From assembly GCA_001002415.1 (NCBI GenBank), contig LCMB01000002.1:3434-53694 (forward strand): DNA of 50,261 nt, read 5' to 3'. The notes below the pieces were generated by a model. It ran no database searches and had not been told where the DNA came from. It saw nothing but the letters and a program-made list of their open reading frames with translations. Below are positions 42,855-50,261 of the stretch, piece after piece. This stretch comes from Microgenomates group bacterium GW2011_GWF2_46_18 (lineage in GTDB: Bacteria > Patescibacteriota > Microgenomatia > UBA1400 > UBA12108). Each line of letters opens with the position of its first letter. Within the stretch, counting starts at the first letter, position 1. Position numbers and translations under genes: made by a program.

Positions 42855-43094
42855 TTATTCTTTCGGAGGGAAAATTTTCTTTAAAGCTTCATGAGCCCCA
42901 GGAGCGGTGAGAACTCCGGCACTACCCAAGGAGATCCAACCCAAAAGTAACTTATGTTCCAATGTGGGAGCAAAAAGTACTCCAAGAACGCCGATCACAA
43001 GGCCAGCTTTTAAACCAAAATCAACTAGTCGGTCTTTCTTCCAAAGCTTTTGAAGAGCAAGAAATTCCTGGTCTATTTCCTGTTGAGATGGCAT
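42855..43094 (-). CDS. Small two-TM membrane protein (79 aa)
   Basis: Starts 2 nt after the dnaE stop. Hydrophobic segments GLKAGLVIGVLGVLFAP and LLLGWISLGSAGVLTAP. Confidence 0.5.
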   Translation of the reverse strand: MPSQQEIDQEFLALQKLWKKDRLVDFGLKAGLVIGVLGVLFAPTLEHKLLLGWISLGSAGVLTAPGAHEALKKIFPPKE

Positions 43095-43096
43095 AA

Positions 43097-46000
43097 TTAC
43101 TCCTTAATGGCAGGGATATTAAGTAATTTTTGAATTTCTCCTTGAAGGGACTTGGTCCAGCGAATACCGAAGGGGAGGATAAGTTCGCGGGAGTCATGCG
43201 CGTTTTGGAAAATGAGGGTAACTTGTACATCCCCACGATTATTCTGGAGCAGTTTGTTGAGTTCTAGGAGGACGGTTTTGCTGGTGCCGTGAGGAATGTG
43301 GATAATGTTTCCCTGAGTCTCTTTCGAAGAGGTACCTTCGGCAGAAGAAGTTTCGTCCTGGACAACCGTAAGGGAATCGACGATAAAGGAAAGGCGATCA
43401 TCGCGCTCGTCTACCTTGCCTTTGGCAATCACCACGGTGTTGGGGATCAAAAAGCTTTTGACTTGAGCATAGGTAGTTGGGAAAATGACGGCTTCGATTT
43501 CGCCCCCTTCGTCGACCAAGGAAAGAAAAGCCATTTCTTGCTGTCTGGTCTTGGTTAAAACAACTTTGACGGTTTTGATGATGGCGACAATGGTAGTTTT
43601 TTGGCCTTTCTTCTCTTCGAGTTCGAGAATAGTAGTGGCCCAGTCACTGCGTGACTTTTTGAGTAATTTTTGGGAAGGGTGTTCGCGGAGATAGATGCCT
43701 AATAATTCCCGTTCCATTTCCATCAGTTCCCGGGAGCTAAATTCGTCTTTGGTGGATTGCCAGGAATCCACAATACTCACTTCGGCATCAACCAAACTAT
43801 CAAAGAGTCCACTTTGGTTACTATTTTTTTCATTCCCAGATTTACCGACTTGGAGCCGGACGCGGTCGATTTCGTCAAGAATGACGGCGCGTTTCCCATA
43901 GGCATCAAAAGAGCCAACTTTGATCAAGCTTTCCAGAACTTTTTTGTTGACTTTTTGGGTATCAACCCGTTTGACAAAGTCTGTGAAAGATTTGAATTCC
44001 CCTCCCCCGGTCCGCTCGAGCAAAATGTTATCGATGGCGGCGGTTCCCACGTTTTTGATAGCGGTAAAGCCAAAACGGATAGCCCGATTATCTAAGCTAG
44101 CTTTGTGAGTTTCGAGGCGGAAGTCTGAGTTACTAAGATTAATATCGGGCGGGAGCACTTTGATCCCCATGTTGCGGCATTCTTCGAGGCAAAGGCTCAT
44201 TTTATCTTCTCTGCCGCTTTCGGCACTCATCAAGGCAGTCATGTATTCGACCGGATAGTGGGCTTTGAGGTAGGCTGTTTGATAGGCAATCATGGCATAA
44301 CTGGTGGCATGGGCCTTGTTGAAGCCGTAGCCGGCAAAACGTTCGATAAAGCTCCAGACTTTCTGAGCCAGGGTTTCGGAATAGCCGTGAGTAACCGCTT
44401 CTTTGGTAAACTTGGTATGTTCTTTGCGCATGGTGGCCAGAGACTTTTTGCCCATAGCACGCCTTAAGATATCGGCTTCTCCTAAGCTATAACCGGCCAT
44501 AACATTAGCGATTTTTAAGACCTGCTCTTGGTAGACGGCGATACCGTAGGTTTCGGCGAGGATCGGCTTTAAATCGGGGTGAAGATATTTGACGCTCTCG
44601 GGCTCTAATTTGCCTTTGACAAAGTCAGGAATCAGGGTCATAGGACCGGGACGGTAGAGGGCAACTAGGGCCACAATATCGCCAAAGACGTCGGGCTTTA
44701 ATTGTTTACTAAGCCGGCGCATCCCGGGGGATTCCATCTGGAAGATCCCGGTCGTCTCACCGCGAGACAAAAGTTCGAAAACTAATTTGTCATCAAGCGG
44801 GAGATTGGACAAGTCGACGCGGAACTGACGAGTTTCCTGGATTAATTTGACCGCGTTTTGAAGAATGGTTAAATTACGCAGACCCAAAAAATCCATCTTG
44901 AGGAGACCAATGGCATCGGGTTTGACGTTTAAGTCTAGGGAGTACATGTCGTAGCCAGTCGTGATTTTGCCCTCTTTGCTGTCCCGTTGGAGGGGGACAT
45001 AATTGGTCAAGTCCTTGTCGGCAATAATGACGGCGGCGGCGTGGGTACTGCTATGACGGGCCACACCTTCGACACGGCGAGCCAAATCAAGGAGTTCCTT
45101 GTACTTGGGATTTTTGTACAGTTCCTGAAGTTCAGTTATATGAGTCAGCGCCTGTTCAATATTTTCCCCAAAGGGAATCAATTTGGCCACTAAATCGGGT
45201 TCGCTGTAGGGCAAACCTAAAACACGGCCAATATCGCGAATGGCGGCCCTGGCCTCCATGGTACCGAAGGTGATTACTTGGGCGACTTTGTCACTACCAT
45301 ACTTATCAGTCACGTATTCAATCACCCGATCACGGCCAACATCCGCGATATCGACGTCGATATCGGGAGGACTGGGACGTTCGGGATTTAGAAAGCGTTC
45401 AAATTGGAGGCCGTGAGCCAGGGGGTCGACTGAAGTAATCCGTAGAATATAACTAATGATCGCGCCGGCAGCACTACCTCGACCCGGGCCAATGCGAATA
45501 CCGTGAGTTTTGGCCCAGTTGATAAAGTCCTGCACAATCAAAAAATAGCTGGCATAACCTTTACTGCAGACTACATCCAGCTCATATTTAGCGCGGTCGA
45601 GAATAGATTGATCGGGACGAGGGTAGCGGTCGGCAAGCTTGGTGTTAACCAGTTCTTTGAGGTAGCTTTCGGGGGTTTCACCTTCCGGCACGGGGTACTG
45701 AGGGTAGATCATCTTGCCGGTCGGGATAACCAGATCGATTTTGTCGGCAATCTTTTGGGTATTTTGAATGGCTTCGGGCAAATCAGCAAAGAGATCGGCC
45801 ATTTCTTCGGAGCTTTTGAAATAAAAGCTGGGCGAATCGATCATGGTAAAGCGATTTTTATCGTCAAGAGTGGTACGCGTTTGGATGGCCAAGAGGGCGT
45901 CCTGGGCCCGAGCGTCGTCTTCGCGGACATAGTGAACATCGTTAGTCGCGACCAGAGGAACTCCAAATTTGCGGGAAAGAGCGATTAGCTGATCATTGAG

Positions 46001-46558
46001 CGGATCAAGCATTTTTTCTAGACCCTGGTGCCGCTGAAGCTCCAGATAAAAATCATCACCAAAAAGATCGGTATAAGCTTGGAGACGCTCTTCGGCGAGT
46101 TTATTGTCACCTTTTTGGAGAAGTTGGGGGATTTCACCCTGGGCACAGCCAGAAGTGACAATCAAACCTTCGTGGTACTTGACCAGTGTTTCCCAGTCCA
46201 GCCGAGGTTTGTAGTAAAAGCCCTCGAGGTGAGCAATGCTGGTGAGTTTGAGCAGGTTGTGGTAACCCGTTAAGTTTTTGGCAAGAAGGAGGAGATGGTG
46301 GGTTTTGTGTTCTTTGGATTTGTCGAGGCGGGAGCCGGGAGTGTAGTAAGCTTCTATCCCAATAATGGGTTTAATCCCTTCGGAGAGCATGGTGTTGTAA
46401 AAATGGATGGCGCCGTACATGGCACCATGATCGGTTAAGGCGACTGCAGACATCTTGTAGGCTTTAGCGGCAGTAGCCAGATCTTCGTCCTTGCAGAGCC
46501 CATCGAGTAAGCTGTATTGGGTGTGAACATGGAGATGGATAAAACTAGAAGCGGTCAT
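43097..46558 (-). CDS. dnaE: DNA polymerase III alpha subunit (DnaE1-type)
   Basis: PHP domain start FIHLHVHTQYSLLDG, polymerase core and OB fold. 1153 aa. Confidence 0.95.
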   Translation of the reverse strand: MTASSFIHLHVHTQYSLLDGLCKDEDLATAAKAYKMSAVALTDHGAMYGAIHFYNTMLSEGIKPIIGIEAYYTPGSRLDKSKEHKTHHLLLLAKNLTGYHNLLKLTSIAHLEGFYYKPRLDWETLVKYHEGLIVTSGCAQGEIPQLLQKGDNKLAEERLQAYTDLFGDDFYLELQRHQGLEKMLDPLNDQLIALSRKFGVPLVATNDVHYVREDDARAQDALLAIQTRTTLDDKNRFTMIDSPSFYFKSSEEMADLFADLPEAIQNTQKIADKIDLVIPTGKMIYPQYPVPEGETPESYLKELVNTKLADRYPRPDQSILDRAKYELDVVCSKGYASYFLIVQDFINWAKTHGIRIGPGRGSAAGAIISYILRITSVDPLAHGLQFERFLNPERPSPPDIDVDIADVGRDRVIEYVTDKYGSDKVAQVITFGTMEARAAIRDIGRVLGLPYSEPDLVAKLIPFGENIEQALTHITELQELYKNPKYKELLDLARRVEGVARHSSTHAAAVIIADKDLTNYVPLQRDSKEGKITTGYDMYSLDLNVKPDAIGLLKMDFLGLRNLTILQNAVKLIQETRQFRVDLSNLPLDDKLVFELLSRGETTGIFQMESPGMRRLSKQLKPDVFGDIVALVALYRPGPMTLIPDFVKGKLEPESVKYLHPDLKPILAETYGIAVYQEQVLKIANVMAGYSLGEADILRRAMGKKSLATMRKEHTKFTKEAVTHGYSETLAQKVWSFIERFAGYGFNKAHATSYAMIAYQTAYLKAHYPVEYMTALMSAESGREDKMSLCLEECRNMGIKVLPPDINLSNSDFRLETHKASLDNRAIRFGFTAIKNVGTAAIDNILLERTGGGEFKSFTDFVKRVDTQKVNKKVLESLIKVGSFDAYGKRAVILDEIDRVRLQVGKSGNEKNSNQSGLFDSLVDAEVSIVDSWQSTKDEFSSRELMEMERELLGIYLREHPSQKLLKKSRSDWATTILELEEKKGQKTTIVAIIKTVKVVLTKTRQQEMAFLSLVDEGGEIEAVIFPTTYAQVKSFLIPNTVVIAKGKVDERDDRLSFIVDSLTVVQDETSSAEGTSSKETQGNIIHIPHGTSKTVLLELNKLLQNNRGDVQVTLIFQNAHDSRELILPFGIRWTKSLQGEIQKLLNIPAIKE

Positions 46559-47853
46559 AGGTTTTTCTTAAGTAATTCGGTAACCGTGCGAGGGTCGGCT
46601 TTACCCCCGGTATTTTTGATCACGGCACCAACAAAAAAGCCTAAAATACCAGTTTTCCCGGCACGGTATTGGGCTACCAGTTCAGGATTGTCGGCGAGAA
46701 CTTGACGAACCAATGGTTCAAGCTGAGAATTAGCACTAATTTGGTTTTGAACATTAGATTTCTTGGCCTCGAGATAAGCTTCGGGAGTAATCTGGTGATA
46801 ATCGATTTTTTTGTTGGCAAGATCATTACCCGCGGTGCGAACACTTTTTGGATCCAATATTTTCACTTGGGTAATAAATGTGAGCATATCCGGATCCTGC
46901 AGAATGATTTTGGCGGCACTCTCGGTAATGCCGGCGGATACTAGATCAGTGATGATTTGGTTCGGGAGCTTGCGGAGTCTTTGTTGGATGGTAGAGACCC
47001 AGGCTGAATCAATTATAAGTGGCGGGATGTCAGGATCGGGGAAGTAGCGGTAGTCGGCGGCATCTTCTTTGGTGCGCTGGGAAACAGTCAAATTCGAGGT
47101 TGAGCGATAGCCACGGGTTTCTTGAGCAGGAATCTCACCTTTATCGAGGATTTCTGACTGACGCTGGAATTCGTAGTCGAGGGAATTGGCAAAGAAACGA
47201 AAAGAGTTAATGTTTTTCACTTCGACCTTATAGTGTGGCAAGGTTCCGTCTTTTGTAAGACTAATATTGGCTTCGAGACGCATACCGCCTTTTTCCATAT
47301 CGCAATCGGCGATGCCGAGCGCGCGAATGATGTCGCGCAGTCCCTTTAGGAATTCCTTGGCCATCTCGGGGGATTTGATGTCTGGCTCAGTAACGATTTC
47401 CATGAGAGGCACGGAGGAGCGGTTAAAGTCAATAAGAGAGACTGATTGACCATTGACGGTAGCGTGTTGGAGTTTGGCAGTATCTTCCTCGAGGTGAATC
47501 CGAGTTAAATTGACCCGGCCAAAGGAAGTATCGAGGTAACCCCCAATACAGAGGGGTTGGTCATATTGGGAAATCTGATAACCCTTGGGGAGGTCGGGAT
47601 AGAAGTAGTGCTTGCGGTCAAATTTGCTAACCTTGGCAATCTGGCTATGGAGGGCTAACCCAAGAAGGATAGTATCTTCGATAGCTTTTTGGTTGGGAAC
47701 AGGGAGAGCTCCAGGCAGGCCAAGACAAACGGGGCACGTGTAAAGATTGGGTTTGGGTGCGTGAAAAGGGTCGTTTTGGCAGCCGCAGAACATTTTGCTC
47801 TTGGTTTTGAGCTCGACGTGGATTTCGGCACCGCAGATGAGTTGGTAGGTCAT
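46555..47853 (-). CDS. gatB: Asp/Glu-tRNA amidotransferase subunit B
   Basis: LICGAEIHVELKTKSKMFCGC, RIHLEEDTAKL and a YqeY-like tail. Start set at the ATG overlapping the gatA stop (ATGA). Alternative start at 47877. Confidence 0.9.
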   Translation of the reverse strand: MTYQLICGAEIHVELKTKSKMFCGCQNDPFHAPKPNLYTCPVCLGLPGALPVPNQKAIEDTILLGLALHSQIAKVSKFDRKHYFYPDLPKGYQISQYDQPLCIGGYLDTSFGRVNLTRIHLEEDTAKLQHATVNGQSVSLIDFNRSSVPLMEIVTEPDIKSPEMAKEFLKGLRDIIRALGIADCDMEKGGMRLEANISLTKDGTLPHYKVEVKNINSFRFFANSLDYEFQRQSEILDKGEIPAQETRGYRSTSNLTVSQRTKEDAADYRYFPDPDIPPLIIDSAWVSTIQQRLRKLPNQIITDLVSAGITESAAKIILQDPDMLTFITQVKILDPKSVRTAGNDLANKKIDYHQITPEAYLEAKKSNVQNQISANSQLEPLVRQVLADNPELVAQYRAGKTGILGFFVGAVIKNTGGKADPRTVTELLKKNL

Positions 47854-49244
47854 AGTTGGGGGCTCCGGGTATGCCACTCAGTAACCTGCTGATATTGATG
47901 ACCTAGGCCGAGGAGTAAACTCTCGGAGAATTTCTTACCTACTAGTTGGACTCCAATAGGCAAACCATTTTTGTGAAAACCACTAGGGATGACGAGTGAG
48001 GGAGATCCAATCAGACTGACGGGGGTGTTGTAAAGATCGGCGAGCATGTTGGCAAGTGGATCACTGATGAGGTCTCCCAATTTAGGTGGCATTATTGGGT
48101 TCTCAGGCAGCAAAATGACGTCACACTGTTCAAAAGCTTTTTGAAAGGTTTTAATTAGGAGGGTTCTAATTTTGAGAGCTTTGCGATAGAAGGCATCATA
48201 GTAGCCGGAGCTAAGTTCGTAGGTACCTACCATGATGCGCCGCATGCTTTCTTGGGTAAATAAGTCTCGAGTATTCCCATACCTAATGCCATCATATCTA
48301 CCCAAATTAGAACTGGTTTCCGAAGGAGCTAGGATGTAGTAGGCTGCATCAGAAATTTCGGCGACTGGGAGAGAAATATCAATTAATTGATGGCCCAGCT
48401 CAGCCAGCTTGGAGGCAAAATCTTGGGCATTGTTGGAGATTTCTTGATCGAGTCCAGCGCCAAACATTTCTGGAGCAATTCCAATTTTCAATTTATTGGG
48501 GGTTTTAGTTAATTCAAGATTGTAGTCGGGGACTTCGTGAGGAGCGCTGGTCCCATCATAAACATCCGGCCCAGCAATAACTTTTAGGATAATGGCTAGA
48601 TCGGCGGCTGTCTTGCCGAAGGGACCGACGGTATCCATAGAGGAGGCGTAGGCCACACAGCCATAGCGGCTGACACGTCCATAAGTGACACGCAATCCAG
48701 AAATATTGTTCCAGGCGGCGGGGTTGCGAATACTACCACCGGTGTCTTCGCCGATGGCAAACGCGCACATGCGGGTTGCCACCGCGGCGGCTGGACCACC
48801 CGAGGAGCCACCAACTACGCGGGTAGGATCCCAGGGATTTTTCCCCATACCATAATCGCTATTTTCGGTACTAGCGCCGTGTCCCCAGGCGTCTTGATTA
48901 CCTTTGCCGATCAAGATAGCTCCTGCTTCCTTGAGTTTTTTGTGAACTGTTGCGTCGTAGGGAGAGAGGTAATTGTCGAGAATTTTCGAGGCACAGGTAG
49001 TCCTGAGCTCGGTGGTGGCATAGCTATCTTTGAGTATATAAGGAAGACCGTAGAGAGGTAGAGAAGAATCCAGGGTTTTGAGAAAATCTAATACCTCCTG
49101 CTTGTCGCGGACAGTGATCAGGGTGTTGAGCTTACTACTATACTTGTCAATTTGACCATATGCTTCGTTTATGACATCGACTGGATCGATGGATTTGTTC
49201 TTATAACCGGTAAGAAGCTCTAGAATTGATTTATCCAATAGCAT
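47850..49244 (-). CDS. gatA: Glu-tRNA(Gln) amidotransferase subunit A
   Basis: Amidase signature GGSSGGPAAAVA...GEDTGGSIRNPA. Start trimmed to ATG 49244, just after the gatC stop. Confidence 0.9.
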   Translation of the reverse strand: MLLDKSILELLTGYKNKSIDPVDVINEAYGQIDKYSSKLNTLITVRDKQEVLDFLKTLDSSLPLYGLPYILKDSYATTELRTTCASKILDNYLSPYDATVHKKLKEAGAILIGKGNQDAWGHGASTENSDYGMGKNPWDPTRVVGGSSGGPAAAVATRMCAFAIGEDTGGSIRNPAAWNNISGLRVTYGRVSRYGCVAYASSMDTVGPFGKTAADLAIILKVIAGPDVYDGTSAPHEVPDYNLELTKTPNKLKIGIAPEMFGAGLDQEISNNAQDFASKLAELGHQLIDISLPVAEISDAAYYILAPSETSSNLGRYDGIRYGNTRDLFTQESMRRIMVGTYELSSGYYDAFYRKALKIRTLLIKTFQKAFEQCDVILLPENPIMPPKLGDLISDPLANMLADLYNTPVSLIGSPSLVIPSGFHKNGLPIGVQLVGKKFSESLLLGLGHQYQQVTEWHTRSPQL

Positions 49245-49245
49245 A

Positions 49246-49569
49246 TTAGTTATCCTCGGCGACAAAAATGGCTGGTACAACGAAGTAGCCATTATGAGAA
49301 TGTTTGGCATTTTGGAGGGCTTGTTCTTGAGTGAAAGTGCGGGAATCATCGATGATATCTTCACGCATGACATTGGTGAGGCCTGTCACCTGATTAGTTT
49401 CATCAAGGGTGGTGGTGTCAGTTTTTTCTAATGTCTGGACGTACTCAAAAGTAGTTTCGATCTGACCGACAAGTTTCTTTAGTCTATCGTCAGATAGGGG
49501 GAGAGCGGCTAATTTGGCCAAGTGTTTGACTTGGTCGGTAGTAATTATTACTTTCGCTTTCATGACCAC
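49246..49569 (-). CDS. gatC: Glu-tRNA(Gln) amidotransferase subunit C
   Basis: VKHLAKLAALPLSD is typical of GatC, plus operon position. Confidence 0.8.
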   Translation of the reverse strand: MVMKAKVIITTDQVKHLAKLAALPLSDDRLKKLVGQIETTFEYVQTLEKTDTTTLDETNQVTGLTNVMREDIIDDSRTFTQEQALQNAKHSHNGYFVVPAIFVAEDN

Positions 49570-49580
49570 TAGTTTACCAC

Positions 49581-50261
49581 TTACGCTACGCCTTCTAAAG
49601 CCTTGATCCGGTCACTGATCGGGGGATGGGTGCTAAAGAGTTTGGCGAGCCAGGTACCATGGGTTTCGGTCGTGACCGGGTCATCGATATAGAGATGGGC
49701 GGTGGCCGTATTGGCAGTTTCTAGAGGGATATTCTCGTTGGCAGCAATCTTTTTGAGAGCATTAATGAGCCCAGAGGGCTGGCGAGTCAGGTGGGCACTA
49801 CTGGCATCGGCGTAGAACTCGCGACGGCGACTGATCGCCAGTTGAATTAATTGAGCAATAATCGGGGCCAAAATAATAAAGATGACTCCGATCACCATGA
49901 TAATGGCGTTACCACCAGAATTGTTGTCACGATCCCCTCCCCCGCGGTGCCAGGATAATCTCCAGGACCAGTTGAGCACCATTCATCAGACGAGTATCAT
50001 AGTTCCTGATATGTGAGAGTTCGTGGGCGATCACTCCTTCGAGTTCGGTGCGGGTCAATTTGGTGAGCAAGCCTTCGGTCACGGCAATGGAAGCATGCTT
50101 CGGATCTCTCCCGGTAGCAAAGGCGTTGAGGGCGGGGCTAGGGATCAAATAGGTTTTGGGGTTGGGGATCCGGGCCACCCGGGCGAGATTTTCGACGATA
50201 TTAAAGTAGGAGGGGTAAGTCTTGTGGGTAACTTGTTTGGCTCCGGCGAGAGAGAGGGCAA
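49581..50261 (-). pseudogene. htpX: HtpX-type M48 protease, interrupted by a +1 frameshift; 5' end beyond the window
   Basis: The upstream frame (open to the window edge) carries ...NAFATGRDP...HELSHIRNYD (HExxH) and stops at 49927. The downstream frame (from 49982) carries GGGDRDNNSGGN...ILAPIIAQLIQLAISRRREFYADA...HPPISDRI. The switch must fall within 49930..49982, which contains a C4-T-C5 run (49934..49943). Confidence 0.7.

Noticed and set aside
41395-46558. imuA-imuB-dnaE2 SOS mutagenesis cassette
   Set aside because: The Y-family protein retains the catalytic Asp and Asp-Glu residues, unlike ImuB. The DnaE has a DnaE1-type PHP N-terminus and full length. No RecA-fold ImuA-like gene is present.

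Overview
50.3-kb window, apparently from a reduced-genome bacterium. Gene content, short housekeeping proteins and many membrane-anchored exoproteins fit Patescibacteria/CPR, but that placement is inference only. I call about 65 CDS, 7 tRNAs, no rRNA and no CRISPR array. Standard genetic code: genes end at TGA/TAA/TAG at expected lengths. Most of the window is minus-strand housekeeping: uvrB (5' end only), secG, lexA, rsmI, gpmI-eno-ppsA, PGI/PMI and PMM/PGM, holA, ruvCAB, a complete F1Fo ATP synthase operon, rplS, pyrG, a DinB-like Y-family polymerase just downstream of dnaE, gatCAB and a frameshifted htpX. Three accessory patches stand out. (1) 1.2-6.1 kb abuts the 3' end of tRNA-His and holds an ATP-grasp gene, two secreted Cys/His-rich mini-proteins, a RhuM-Doc toxin-like gene, two alpha/beta hydrolases and an APH-family kinase. 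(2) A single IS200/RAYT-like Y1 transposase gene lies at 18.9-19.65 kb. (3) 32.4-36.9 kb surrounds tRNA-Lys/tRNA-Glu. Main hunt results, in order of interest. First, a ~55-nt twin-hairpin element occurs twice (6220..6274 and 33928..33982), both times inside tRNA transcription units, with four compensatory base-pair changes between copies. One copy interrupts a promoter-bearing tRNA-His 5' paralog. Second, the Y1 transposase ORF is flanked exactly by 25-bp perfect direct repeats and carries two further copies of that repeat inside its own coding sequence, in different reading frames. Third, two tandem Sec-signal Cys/His-rich cationic peptides sit beside an ATP-grasp enzyme. Fourth, the APH gene is bracketed by 24-bp perfect direct repeats at the tRNA-His 3' end. 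Fifth, the lexA and Y-family polymerase promoters are similar and both look leaderless. Sixth, the ATP synthase delta subunit is only 69 aa. All functional calls rest on motif recognition by eye. No database search was run.
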